The notes under the pieces: model-generated | The model's database searches: none | Told to the model about the DNA's origin: nothing | Seen by the model: only the letters and a program-made list of their open reading frames with translations | Translations under genes and position numbers: made by a program | From: an uncultured Ectothiorhodospiraceae bacterium | Lineage (GTDB): Bacteria; Pseudomonadota; Gammaproteobacteria; JAABTG01 | Length of the DNA: 64,000 bases | Direction of reading: 5' to 3' | Assembly (NCBI GenBank): GCA_937867305.1 | Contig: CALMKJ010000022.1 | Coordinates: 23,258-87,257 of the forward strand | In this document: positions 45,479 to 55,455 of the stretch, piece by piece | Numbering within the stretch: the first letter of the stretch is position 1 | Layout of the letters: each line of letters starts with the position of its first letter

Positions 45479-46867
45479 ATGCATCCCATGCTGTTCCTCG
45501 CCGTCCTGCTCGGGCTCTCGGCCTTCGCCTACCAGGTCGGACGCCGCCGGTCCGTGACCGTCGCCGGCGGCCTCCAGCACGCCGGGACGCTGCACTCGCG
45601 GCCCTCGTACTACGGTGCCTACGCCGCCCTCTGGGCCCTGGTTCCCGCCCTCGCGGTCCTGTTCTTCTGGCTCGTGTTCGAGCAGTCGGTGATCACCGAG
45701 GTCGTGCTGGCGGGGATGCCGCCAGAGGTCCGGGAGGTCGCACCCGACCGTCTGAACCTGCTGGTCAACGACCTGCGCAACCTGGTCAAGGGCAACATCG
45801 TCGCGGGCCACGTCGGGCCCGCGATGCAGGCGGCGGCCGAGCACTACCGCAGCCTCGCGGCCACGAGCCATGCCGCCCTGGGTGTCCTGGTCGTGGTCAT
45901 CGCAGCCGGTGGCCTGATGCTGGCGCGCAGTCGCATCACCCCCACCCTGCAGGCCCGCAACCGGGTCGAGCAGGTGGTGACGACGTTCCTGCTCGCCAGC
46001 TCGCTCGTGGCGATCTTCACCACCGTGGGCATCGCGCTCTCGGTCCTCTTCGAATCGCTGCGCTTCTTCCAGGCCGTTCCCGTGACCGAGTTCCTGTTCG
46101 GGACCAACTGGAGTCCGCAGATGGCGATCCGGGCGGACCAGGTCGGTTCCTCGGGGGCCTTTGGCGCTGTGCCGTTGTTCACCGGCACGCTCCTCATCGC
46201 GCTGATCGCCATGCTGGTGGCGGTGCCCATCGGGCTCACTTCGGCGATCTACCTGTCCGAGTACGCGGACCGACGCTTTCGCGCGGTCGCCAAGCCCCTG
46301 CTGGAGATCCTGGCCGGCGTGCCCACGGTCGTGTACGGGTTCTTCGCGGCCCTCGTGGTTGCGCCGCTGGTGAGAGAGGCTGGCCGGTATCTCGGGCTCG
46401 ACGTGGCGTCGGAGAGCGCGCTGGCCGCGGGGCTGGTGATGGGGGTCATGATCATCCCCTTCATCTCCTCACTGTCGGACGACGTCATCAACGCCGTCCC
46501 CCAGTCCCTGCGTGACGGGTCCTATGCCCTCGGCGCAACCCAATCGGAGACGATCCGCAGGGTCGTGATCCCGGCGGCCCTCCCCGGCATCGCCGGTGGG
46601 ATCCTCCTGGCCATGTCGCGCGCCATCGGCGAGACCATGATCGTGGTGATGGCCGCCGGCCTCTCGGCGAATCTCACCGCCAATCCGCTCGCGGCGGTCA
46701 CTACGGTGACGGTGCAGATCGCGACCCTTCTCGTCGGCGACCAGGAGTTCGACAGCCCGAAGACCCTGGCTGCCTTCGCACTCGGGCTGGTGCTGTTCCT
46801 GGTGACCCTGACCCTCAACGTCATCGCCCTCCACATCGTGCGCAAGTATCGCGAGCAATACGAATGA
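45479..46867 (+). CDS. pstC: phosphate ABC permease PstC
   Basis: [28 protein letters not shown]. Confidence 0.97.
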   Translation: MHPMLFLAVLLGLSAFAYQVGRRRSVTVAGGLQHAGTLHSRPSYYGAYAALWALVPALAVLFFWLVFEQSVITEVVLAGMPPEVREVAPDRLNLLVNDLRNLVKGNIVAGHVGPAMQAAAEHYRSLAATSHAALGVLVVVIAAGGLMLARSRITPTLQARNRVEQVVTTFLLASSLVAIFTTVGIALSVLFESLRFFQAVPVTEFLFGTNWSPQMAIRADQVGSSGAFGAVPLFTGTLLIALIAMLVAVPIGLTSAIYLSEYADRRFRAVAKPLLEILAGVPTVVYGFFAALVVAPLVREAGRYLGLDVASESALAAGLVMGVMIIPFISSLSDDVINAVPQSLRDGSYALGATQSETIRRVVIPAALPGIAGGILLAMSRAIGETMIVVMAAGLSANLTANPLAAVTTVTVQIATLLVGDQEFDSPKTLAAFALGLVLFLVTLTLNVIALHIVRKYREQYE

Positions 46868-48189
46868 ACAGCGTCAAGCATCCCCCGGCCGGAGGGCGCG
46901 CGTCCGGCGGCGCCCCCAGGACCATCGACGTGGTGCGAGCGACCCTCGCGCGCCGGCACGCGTCGGAGCGGCGGTTCCGGCGCTACGGCATCACGGCCAT
47001 CGTCACGGCGCTGGCGTTTCTCGCCTTCCTGTTCTCCAGCGTCCTGGTGAAGGCCCACGGGGTCCTGCAGCAGACCTACATCGCCCTCGACGTGCACCTC
47101 GACGCTGGCGTCGTGGACCCCCAGGGCAACCGCTCCCCGGACTCGCTGCGCGAGGGGGACTACGGGGCCCTCATCAAGGACGCGCTGCGCGACGCCTTCC
47201 CGGATGTGAAGGAGCGGCGCGAGCAGCGGGACCTGTTCGCGCTGGTCAGCCCCGGCGCGGTCTTCGATCTCCGCACGGCAGTGATGCAGGACCCGTCCCT
47301 GGTCGGTGCGACCCGTATGTTCTGGGTGCCCGCGAACGACGACGTCGACATGCTCGAGAAGGGCGTCATGCGGCGCGAGTCGGCGGAGGGCGAGCGGCGG
47401 CTCAACGACCAGCAGGTGAAGTGGGTCGATCAGCTCGTCGCCGCGGGGCGGGTCGAGCTGCGCTTCAACAGCCGTTTCTTCCTGGGCAGCGACTCACGCG
47501 AGCCGGAGATGGCGGGCATCTGGGGTGCGGTCGTCGGCTCTTTCTACACGCTGCTCGTGGCCCTCTCCCTGTCCTTCCCCCTCGGTGTGGCGGCGGCGGC
47601 CTACCTGGAGGAATTCGCGCCGAAGAACCGCTGGACCGACCTCATCGAGGTCAACATCAACAACCTCGCGGCGGTGCCCTCGATCATCTACGGTTTGCTC
47701 GGGCTCGCGGTCTTCATCAACGTGTTCGGCGTGCCGCGCTCCTCGCCGCTGGTGGGGGGGCTCGTGCTGACGCTGATGACGCTGCCGATCATCATCATCT
47801 CGGGCCGCGCTGCCCTGAAGTCGGTTCCGCCGTCGATCCGGGAAGCCGCTCTCGGCGTCGGCGCCTCCAAGATGCAGATGGTGATGCACCACGTGCTGCC
47901 GCTCGCGATGCCCGGCATGCTGACCGGGACCATCATCGGCATGGCGCACGCGTTGGGCGAAACGGCGCCGCTGCTGATGATCGGCATGGTGGCCTTCATC
48001 GTCGACATCCCCCAGGGGATCACCGATCCGGCGACCGTACTGCCCGTGCAGATCTACGTCTGGGCGGACAGCCCGGAGCGGGCCTTCGTGGAGCGGACGG
48101 CGGCGGCCATCGTCGTCCTGCTCGTGTTCCTGGTGGTCGTGAACGCGGCCGCGGTGATCCTGCGCAAGCGCTTCGAGCGGCGGTGGTGA
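46864..48189 (+). CDS. pstA: phosphate ABC permease PstA
   Basis: [26 protein letters not shown]. Confidence 0.97.
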   Translation: MNSVKHPPAGGRASGGAPRTIDVVRATLARRHASERRFRRYGITAIVTALAFLAFLFSSVLVKAHGVLQQTYIALDVHLDAGVVDPQGNRSPDSLREGDYGALIKDALRDAFPDVKERREQRDLFALVSPGAVFDLRTAVMQDPSLVGATRMFWVPANDDVDMLEKGVMRRESAEGERRLNDQQVKWVDQLVAAGRVELRFNSRFFLGSDSREPEMAGIWGAVVGSFYTLLVALSLSFPLGVAAAAYLEEFAPKNRWTDLIEVNINNLAAVPSIIYGLLGLAVFINVFGVPRSSPLVGGLVLTLMTLPIIIISGRAALKSVPPSIREAALGVGASKMQMVMHHVLPLAMPGMLTGTIIGMAHALGETAPLLMIGMVAFIVDIPQGITDPATVLPVQIYVWADSPERAFVERTAAAIVVLLVFLVVVNAAAVILRKRFERRW

Positions 48190-48214
48190 GCCGCCCAGGC
48201 TGAGGAAGAAATCG

Positions 48215-49108
48215 ATGTCCATTATCGAGACGGTGCTGACGGAACAGTTCGACAAGCCCAGGACCGGCCGGGCCGACGGTTCCGTCAAGTCCGTACGTCC
48301 CGGTGCGATCGACCGCCACAACCGGCAGACGGTCGGGGATTTCACGCACCCGCATCCCCGGATGACGGCGCGCCTGGTGAACGTCTACTACGGCGACAAG
48401 CACGCCATCAAGAACGTGAGTCTCGACATCGGGGCCAACGAGGTCATCGCGATGATCGGGCCCTCCGGTTGCGGGAAGTCGACCTTCCTGCGCTGTCTGA
48501 ACCGGATGAACGACACGATCGAGGGGTGCCGCGTCACGGGGACGATCACGCTGGACGGGCAGGACATCTACGAGAAGGGTCTCGACGTGGTGCCGTTGCG
48601 CGCCCAGGTCGGAATGGTCTTCCAGAAGCCGAACCCCTTCCCCAAGTCGATCTTCGAGAACGTCGCGTACGGACCCCGCATCCACGGGATCGCCTCGACG
48701 CGCACGGAGCTCGACGAGGTGGTGCAGAAGAGCCTCGAGCGGGCCGGGCTGTGGAACGAGGTGAAGGACCGCCTGGCGCAGCCGGGCACCAGCCTCTCGG
48801 GTGGGCAGCAGCAGAGGCTCTGCATTGCGCGGGCGATCGCGGTCAACCCCGAGGTCATCCTCATGGACGAGCCCGCCTCTGCGCTCGACCCCATCGCGAC
48901 CGCCCGGATCGAGGAGCTGATCGACGAGCTGAGGGAGCACTTCAGCATCGCGATCGTCACCCACTCCATGCAGCAGGCGGCACGTGTCTCGCAGCGTACG
49001 GCCTACTTCCACCTCGGGGACCTGATCGAGGTCGGGGACACCAACCAGATCTTCACCAATCCCCGGCACCCGTTGACCGAGGACTACATCACCGGCCGTT
49101 TCGGCTAG
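48215..49108 (+). CDS. pstB: phosphate ABC ATPase PstB
   Basis: [32 protein letters not shown]. Confidence 0.98.
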   Translation: MSIIETVLTEQFDKPRTGRADGSVKSVRPGAIDRHNRQTVGDFTHPHPRMTARLVNVYYGDKHAIKNVSLDIGANEVIAMIGPSGCGKSTFLRCLNRMNDTIEGCRVTGTITLDGQDIYEKGLDVVPLRAQVGMVFQKPNPFPKSIFENVAYGPRIHGIASTRTELDEVVQKSLERAGLWNEVKDRLAQPGTSLSGGQQQRLCIARAIAVNPEVILMDEPASALDPIATARIEELIDELREHFSIAIVTHSMQQAARVSQRTAYFHLGDLIEVGDTNQIFTNPRHPLTEDYITGRFG

Positions 49109-49147
49109 GACACGACCCGGGACAGGCGATCAGCAGGGGACCAGAGC

Positions 49148-49879
49148 ATGAGTGAGCCAACCACCGGCCACACCGTGAAGCGCTTCGATGACGAGATGAT
49201 GAATCTGCACCGCCTGGCGCTGGAGATGGGCGGGCTCGCCATGGACCAGCTCGAACGGGTCGTGAAGGCCCTGGACCACGAGAGCCCCGAAGAGGCCCGC
49301 GAGGTGATCGAGCGCGACCGGCTGATGAACGAGCTCGACGTCCGGATCGACGAGGCCGTGGTCAAGCTCCTGGTCCGGCGCCAGCCGATGGCGAGTGACC
49401 TGCGGGCGATCATGACCGTCGCCAAGTCGGTCGTGGACCTGGAGCGGATCGGCGACCAGACCCGGCGCGTGGCGCACCTGGTCGAGCACCTGTACGGCGA
49501 CGGGCCCATGGCCCCCAACCCGAAGCTGTTGGAGGACATCCACCGACTGGCCGAGACCGCCATTCGCCTGTTGCGCTCCAGCATGGAGGCGTTCGAGCGT
49601 TTCGACGCCGGCCAGGCGGTCGAGGTCATCCAGGAGAACCAGAAGCTCGAGGCAGAGTTCCAGTCGGCGCTGCGCCGTTTGACCACGTTCGTGCTGGAGG
49701 ACCACCGCACCATCGGCCATATGGTGGACGCAGTGCTCGGCCTGCGGGCGCTGGCGCGCATCGGCGGCCACGCCAAGAACATCGCCGGCTACGTCATCTA
49801 CCTCTGCACCGGTCGCGACGTCCGGCACGTGGATCTGTCGACCATCACCGAGGAGATCCTGGCCCAGGACCAGGACTGA
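49148..49879 (+). CDS. phoU: phosphate signalling protein PhoU
   Basis: RQPMASDLR, DLERIGD, RIGGHAKNIA, GRDVRH. Confidence 0.96.
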   Translation: MSEPTTGHTVKRFDDEMMNLHRLALEMGGLAMDQLERVVKALDHESPEEAREVIERDRLMNELDVRIDEAVVKLLVRRQPMASDLRAIMTVAKSVVDLERIGDQTRRVAHLVEHLYGDGPMAPNPKLLEDIHRLAETAIRLLRSSMEAFERFDAGQAVEVIQENQKLEAEFQSALRRLTTFVLEDHRTIGHMVDAVLGLRALARIGGHAKNIAGYVIYLCTGRDVRHVDLSTITEEILAQDQD

Positions 49880-49972
49880 CCACCTTCTGCCCGCGATCCG
49901 CTCGGCCAGGGCTCCAGGTTGTATCTTTGGGCGCCCGTGCCGACAATCCGGTCGGCACCGAGGGGGCGGCCC

Positions 49973-51184
49973 ATGGCGAAGACGGTGGTCATCGACCCGG
50001 AGGAGGGGACCCGAGCCCCTTTCCTGCGCGGCATCCTCACGCGCTCCCTCCAGGACTCGGGCCTCGCGTTCGACGACGCCTACAAGCTTGCCTCGCGGGT
50101 CCGCCAGGACCTCGCCAGCATCCCCGAGATCACGGCCGGAGAGTTGCGCCGGCGCGTCGCCACGTATCTCCAGGAATGTCACGGGGCCCAGGCCGTGCGC
50201 CGTTACCAGGAGCCCTCCGGCCCCGCAGCGGCGGTCCTGGTGCGCGACGGCGCGGACCAGGCGGTGCCGTTCTCCGACGCGATCTACCGGCGCACGCTCC
50301 AGATCTGCGGACTGTCCGACGATACGGCCGCCGTCATGGCCGCGCGGGTCTCCCGCTTCCTGGCCGAGCGGGCCGAGGCGGAGGTCAGCTCGGCCACCCT
50401 GGGCCGCACCACCTATCACTGGCTCGCGCAAGACCTCGGCGAGGCCGTGGCGCGCCGCTACCTCGCCTGGGTCGACTTCCTCCATAGCGGGCGGCCCCTG
50501 ATCCTCCTTCTGGGTGGGAGCGCGGGGGTCGGCAAGAGCACGGTGGCCACGGACCTCGCCACCCGGCTCGACATCCCGCGCACCCAGTCGACCGACATGC
50601 TGCGGGAGGTCATGCGCATGATGCTCCCGCAACGGCTCCTGCCGGTGCTCTACGCCTCTTCCTTCGAGGCCTGGCGCACCCTGCCGCGGGCGCAGGACCC
50701 GACGGTGGACCGCGGGGCGCTCCTGGCGGAGGGGTACCAGACCCAGGCGGAGCTCATCGCGTTGCCGTGCGAGGCCGTCATCCGGCGCGCGCTGAAGGAG
50801 AGGGTCTCGCTGATCATGGAGGGCGTGCACGTGTGCCCGTCCCTGATCGCGCGGATCCCGACCGGTGACGAGGCGGTGGTGGTGCCGGTGATGCTGGCGG
50901 TGCTCAAGCCGGAGCTGCTCCGGGCGCGGATCCGAGGGCGGGCCGGACGTGCGGTGCAGCGCCGCGCCGAGCGCTATCTCCGGAGCTTCGAGTCCATCTG
51001 GGGGCTCCAGGACCATCTCCTCTCGGAGGCGGACCGCCGGCAGATCCCGATCGTCTTGAACGAGGACAAGGATCGCGCCGTCGAGGCGATCCTGGCGAGG
51101 GTGATCGATACCCTCTTGGTCGGTTTCCGGGCCAGCCCGCGCGCGGTCTTCGGAAACCAGGACGCGCCCCGCAGGCGGGGCTGA
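49973..51184 (+). CDS. 2-phosphoglycerate-kinase-like P-loop kinase with N-terminal ATP-cone-like domains
   Basis: PFLRGILTRSL and PFS..IY.RTL..CG cone-like repeats; GGSAGVGKST, STDMLREVMR, SSFEAW, EGVH. Confidence 0.8.
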   Translation: MAKTVVIDPEEGTRAPFLRGILTRSLQDSGLAFDDAYKLASRVRQDLASIPEITAGELRRRVATYLQECHGAQAVRRYQEPSGPAAAVLVRDGADQAVPFSDAIYRRTLQICGLSDDTAAVMAARVSRFLAERAEAEVSSATLGRTTYHWLAQDLGEAVARRYLAWVDFLHSGRPLILLLGGSAGVGKSTVATDLATRLDIPRTQSTDMLREVMRMMLPQRLLPVLYASSFEAWRTLPRAQDPTVDRGALLAEGYQTQAELIALPCEAVIRRALKERVSLIMEGVHVCPSLIARIPTGDEAVVVPVMLAVLKPELLRARIRGRAGRAVQRRAERYLRSFESIWGLQDHLLSEADRRQIPIVLNEDKDRAVEAILARVIDTLLVGFRASPRAVFGNQDAPRRRG

Positions 51185-51201
51185 GCTGGCACAGAGAGAC
51201 C

Positions 51202-52089
51202 GTGTTCACCGACAACGTACTGGACCTGATCGGCAATACGCCGATGATTCGGCTGCGAGGGGAGTCCGTCTTCGCCAAGGCGGAATTCCTGAACCCCGGA
51301 GGCAGCATCAAGGACCGCGTGGCCATGGCCATGCTCGACGGGGCGGAGAGCAGGGGCCTGCTGAAGCCCGGCTCGATCATCGTCGAGCCCACGAGCGGCA
51401 ACACCGGGATCGGTGTCGCCCTGGTGGGCCGGCTCAAGGGCTACCACGTCCGCATCGTGATGCCGGAGAACATGAGCGACGAGAGGAAGAAGCTCATCCG
51501 GGCCCTGGGGGCGGAACTGATCCTGACCCCCGCGGAGAAGAGCATCGCCGGCGCGGTGGAGAAGGTCCGCGAGATGCAGCGCGAGGACCCGCGCGTGTTC
51601 GTCCCTCAGCAGTTCGAGAACCCCGACAACCCGCGCGTGCACTACGAGGAGACCGCGCACGAGATCTGGCGGCAGATGAACGGGGACATCGCGTGCTTTG
51701 TCGCCGGGGTGGGCAGCGGAGGCACCCTGCAGGGTATCGGGCAGTTCCTGCGGGAGCACAAGCCCGGCGTGGTGATCGCCGCGGTCGAGCCCAAGAACGT
51801 CTCGGCGCTGCTCGGCCACGAGCCGGGGCTGCACCAGATCCAGGGCATCGGGGACGGGTTCGTGCCCGCGGTCCTCGACGTCTCGATGATCAGCGAGGTC
51901 ATCGAGGTGACGGACGAGGACGCCATCGCCACCACGCGGGAGCTCAACCGGGACTTCGGGCTGCTCGTGGGCATCTCCTCGGGGGCCAACGTGTGGGCCG
52001 CGCGGCAGCTGGCGGAGCGGATCCAGGGCAACATCGTGACGGTGCTGCCGGACCGGGCGGAGCGCTACTTCAGCACCTCTCTCATGTAG
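51202..52089 (+). CDS. cysK: cysteine synthase (PLP-dependent, CysK-like)
   Basis: IGNTP, NPGGSIKDR, TSGNTG, QFENP, GVGSGGT, IQGIG, GISSGA. Confidence 0.9.
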   Translation: MFTDNVLDLIGNTPMIRLRGESVFAKAEFLNPGGSIKDRVAMAMLDGAESRGLLKPGSIIVEPTSGNTGIGVALVGRLKGYHVRIVMPENMSDERKKLIRALGAELILTPAEKSIAGAVEKVREMQREDPRVFVPQQFENPDNPRVHYEETAHEIWRQMNGDIACFVAGVGSGGTLQGIGQFLREHKPGVVIAAVEPKNVSALLGHEPGLHQIQGIGDGFVPAVLDVSMISEVIEVTDEDAIATTRELNRDFGLLVGISSGANVWAARQLAERIQGNIVTVLPDRAERYFSTSLM

Positions 52090-52110
52090 GCCGGCGCGTG
52101 GTCCGGGGCG

Positions 52111-52992
52111 TCACGCGAGCGCCGTGTCCAGCAGCATCATGACGATGAAGCCGCCCATCAGCCCCAGGGACGCGAACTGCTCGTGGCCCTTGCGGTGCGT
52201 CTCCGGGATGATTTCGTGCGAGACCACCCAGATCATCGCACCGGCGGCGAAGCCCAGGCCGAGGGGGTAGAGCAGGGCGAAGCCGGTGGTGAGCAGGCTG
52301 CCGACGACGGCGCCGACGGGCTCCGCCAACCCCGTGAGGGCTGCGATCCAGGCGGCCCGGAACGGGCTGACGGCCACGGCGCGCAGGGCGACGGCCACCA
52401 CGAGGCCCTCCGGGACGTCCTGAACGGCGATGGCCGCCGTGAGGGGCATGCCGACGCCAGGGTCGTTCCCACTGAAGGCGACCCCGATCGCCATGCCCTC
52501 CGGGAAGTTGTGCAGGGCGAGGGCGAAGACCATCAGCCAGACCTTTCTCAGGCCCTCCACCTCCGGGCCGTGATGGCCCACGGCCACGTGGTCGTGGGGG
52601 ATCCACCGGTTGGCGAAGAGGAGGGCGAGCGCGCCGAGGGCGAGCCCGAAAGACACCCAGCCTGCCCCGAGGGCCCGGTGGCCCAGCATGCCGTCGGCTG
52701 CGTCGACCCCAGGGATGATCAGGGAGAAGGACGAGGCGGCTGCCATGACCCCGGCGCCGAACCCCAGCATGACGTCCTCCGTGCGGGGTGAGATGCGCCG
52801 GATCAAGACCGCGGGAAGGGCGCCCAGGGCCGTCGCCAGGGCGGCCAGGAACCCCCCCTGAACGGCCTTGCCCATGGGGCTGGCGAGGTCGGTCGCACCC
52901 TGTTGCACGGCGACCCAGGCAATAGCCACGGTCAGTGCCGCGCCAAGCCCCCACCAGGTGGTCCCCCGCCCCGGTGTGACTGCCAGTCTCAT
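52111..52992 (-). CDS. ZIP-family (GufA/ZupT) metal transporter
   Basis: HNFPEGMA, QDVPEG, EPVGA, HEIIPE; alternative start at 53082. Confidence 0.93.
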   Translation of the reverse strand: MRLAVTPGRGTTWWGLGAALTVAIAWVAVQQGATDLASPMGKAVQGGFLAALATALGALPAVLIRRISPRTEDVMLGFGAGVMAAASSFSLIIPGVDAADGMLGHRALGAGWVSFGLALGALALLFANRWIPHDHVAVGHHGPEVEGLRKVWLMVFALALHNFPEGMAIGVAFSGNDPGVGMPLTAAIAVQDVPEGLVVAVALRAVAVSPFRAAWIAALTGLAEPVGAVVGSLLTTGFALLYPLGLGFAAGAMIWVVSHEIIPETHRKGHEQFASLGLMGGFIVMMLLDTALA

Positions 52993-53074
52993 GCCTGCCT
53001 CGCGACCATCGACGCTGTCTCCGCCCCCTTTCCGACCTTGCCCGAGGGGCGTGCCGATCGGTCCGGCACCGGGC

Positions 53075-54268
53075 TCAGGCATGTCGCCCGAGGCGGCGGC
53101 CCAGGCCGCGCAGCGTCTCCACGAAGCGCTGAAGCCGTGACGTCTCCTTCGCGGCGGTCCGACGGAGGAGGAAGTAGAGCAGCAGGGCCGTCAGTACCAC
53201 CCCGAGCACCACGACCCCGGCGAGGGTGACCGGGGAGGTGCCCGGACCGGCTGCCGTCCTCCCGGAGGTCTCCGTGCGAGGCGCGCCGGGCTCATCGGGA
53301 CGGGGCGAGGCGGCGGCAGTCTCCAGGAGGCCCACCAGCTCCGACGCGCCCAGGCGACGGGCGAGATTGAGCGGTGTCTCTCCGCTCATGCCCACGGCCC
53401 CGAGGTCGGCCCCTGCCGCGAGCAGCAGCTTGACCATCTCGGTATCCCGCCTCGCGACCGCGCTGTGCAGGGGGGTGCTGCCGTGCTGGCTGGCGACGTT
53501 CACCGAGGCCCCGCGGTCGGCGAGCAGCCGGGCCGTCCCGACCTGCCCGTGGCGCACTGCCCAGTGCAGAGGGGTCACGCCGATCCGGTTCTGCCGGTCG
53601 ATCTGCGCCCCACGGTCGAGCAGACAGGCCGCGGTCTCCACGTGTCCGCCGCCCGCCGCGTGGTGCAGGGGGGTGAGGCCCCGGCGGTTCGTCGCGTTGG
53701 GGTCCGCGCCGGCGCGCACCAACTGCTCGCAGAGCCTGGACTCCCCGAACGCCGCCGCCTCGTGCAGGGCGCTGTCCCCCGCGTGGTCGGGGTTCTGCCG
53801 ATCCTCGTGCTGACTCACGGCCCCGACGGCGGCGCCGCGCTCGAGGAGGAGTTTCACCAGGGCGAGGTCCCGAGTGCGCACCGCGAGGTGAAGCACGGGG
53901 TCCCCCGGTCCGGGAGGCAGGCGGTTCGGGTCGGCCCCGGCCTCCAGCAGCAAGCGGGCGACCCCGGTGTGCCCTCGCTGGACGGCGGCGGCGAGCGGCA
54001 GCTCGCCCGCGCCGGTGCCGTTCGGGCTCGCGCCCGCGGAGAGGAGCCGGCGGACCTGCTGCTCGTCGCCGCCCGCCGCTGCGGTGGACAACGGGTCAGG
54101 CGCCGGCCCCTGGGTCGGAGCCGCCGGCGAGAAGAAGGGCACCCAGGGCTGGAGCAACTGCCCGGCCTCCTGCGCGACCCCGGAAACCGGGGGGGGCTGT
54201 GCCCAGCCACTGTCGAGAAGCAGGAAGGCCCCGAGCGTTCCGCACGCGAGACACCAGCCCCGGTTCAC
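53075..54268 (-). CDS. ankyrin-repeat protein with signal peptide and C-terminal TM anchor
   Basis: about 8 G-x-T-P-L-H..A..G...LL..GA repeats; GTG overlaps the upstream TGA; hydrophobic VTLAGVVVLGVVLTALLLYFLL followed by RR. Confidence 0.88.
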   Translation of the reverse strand: MNRGWCLACGTLGAFLLLDSGWAQPPPVSGVAQEAGQLLQPWVPFFSPAAPTQGPAPDPLSTAAAGGDEQQVRRLLSAGASPNGTGAGELPLAAAVQRGHTGVARLLLEAGADPNRLPPGPGDPVLHLAVRTRDLALVKLLLERGAAVGAVSQHEDRQNPDHAGDSALHEAAAFGESRLCEQLVRAGADPNATNRRGLTPLHHAAGGGHVETAACLLDRGAQIDRQNRIGVTPLHWAVRHGQVGTARLLADRGASVNVASQHGSTPLHSAVARRDTEMVKLLLAAGADLGAVGMSGETPLNLARRLGASELVGLLETAAASPRPDEPGAPRTETSGRTAAGPGTSPVTLAGVVVLGVVLTALLLYFLLRRTAAKETSRLQRFVETLRGLGRRLGRHA

Positions 54269-55371
54269 TTCGATGCCCTCGGCGTCTTTGCGGACAGCCC
54301 TCGCCGGGCGAGCCAGCGGTCGATCTGCTCCCGCAGGAAGTCGGTGACCTCCTCTTCGACGCGGACCGCCCGCAGGAAGTCTCCGAAGTACTGGCAGGCC
54401 GTCGTGTCGGGCGGCGTGTCGGGGTAGTGCCCGTAGAGGATGATGCGGTTGGTCATGAACGCGAAGGTCTCGTCCAGGTTGCAGCGCCGCTGTTCCACGT
54501 CCCTCGCGATCATCGTCGTGAGCCTCTCCACCACCCGGAACCGCGGAGGGCTCTGTTCGCCGAGCTTCCACAGCTCGGCGGCCTCGCCGCTCCCGTGGAT
54601 GAACTGGAAGTACTGCCACAGCTTGGCCAGCATCTGGGCGGTGACCTCGTCTGCCTCGAGCTGCAGTTCGGCGAGGTGGTCGTAGGTCTCGTCGAACCCG
54701 GACTCCGGGGTGATCCCGTACTGGCGCAGGATGCGCACGATGTGGGCCGTGCACCGGTCCCAGGACGGCACCGTGTCGGGCTCCAGGTAATCCGGGTCGC
54801 GCTCCCGGATCTCTTCCAGGTAGAGCCCCTGGATGAAATAGGCGAGTGCCTCGTTCACCTTGGTCTCGGAGTTGTAGGGCGCGAAGCGCCCCTCGAGGAA
54901 CAGGTGGTGCGCGATGGCGTGCACCGCCTCGTGGACGACGAAGCTCGCGGCGGTGTACAGGCGCCCCCGGGCCTCCGGGGTGTCCCCGCCGGACCCCTCG
55001 AACAGGCTGGCGCTGACCGCGAGCTCTCCGCTCTCGAAGTACTCGGCGGCAGGCCCCCCGTCGCGGCGCACCTCGACCAGGCGCAGGTGGCTACCCGAGC
55101 TACCGACCCCGCGCGCGCGGAAGCGCTCGATCGCGCTGACGACGAGCGTGCCCACCTGGGTGCCCCGAAGGACGTCGTAGAGCGCGCTGACCCGCTCGGG
55201 CGGGAGAGGCGTCCGGGTCTCGTCCTCGCCGCGGGATGGCGAGAGGAAACGGCACTCCTCGAGCTCGATGGCGGCGTCGCCACTCGGCTCCACGTGCGCC
55301 GGGAGCGGGGTCGTCACCAGGAGGAGGACCAGGGGGAGCAGCCGGCGGAACAACCGCAAATCCATCAGCAT
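54265..55371 (-). CDS. secreted hypothetical protein with HExxH (zincin-like) motif
   Basis: signal peptide RRLLPLVLLLVTTPLPA; VVHEAVH plus downstream NEALAY; GGGAGG RBS. Confidence 0.75.
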   Translation of the reverse strand: MLMDLRLFRRLLPLVLLLVTTPLPAHVEPSGDAAIELEECRFLSPSRGEDETRTPLPPERVSALYDVLRGTQVGTLVVSAIERFRARGVGSSGSHLRLVEVRRDGGPAAEYFESGELAVSASLFEGSGGDTPEARGRLYTAASFVVHEAVHAIAHHLFLEGRFAPYNSETKVNEALAYFIQGLYLEEIRERDPDYLEPDTVPSWDRCTAHIVRILRQYGITPESGFDETYDHLAELQLEADEVTAQMLAKLWQYFQFIHGSGEAAELWKLGEQSPPRFRVVERLTTMIARDVEQRRCNLDETFAFMTNRIILYGHYPDTPPDTTACQYFGDFLRAVRVEEEVTDFLREQIDRWLARRGLSAKTPRASK

Positions 55372-55455
55372 CTTGCGTGTGAGCCTCCCAAGACTTCCTG
55401 TACCGGTCCGCCGGGAACCCCTGGAGACAGCCCCTCAAGGATTCCTGTGGAAACT

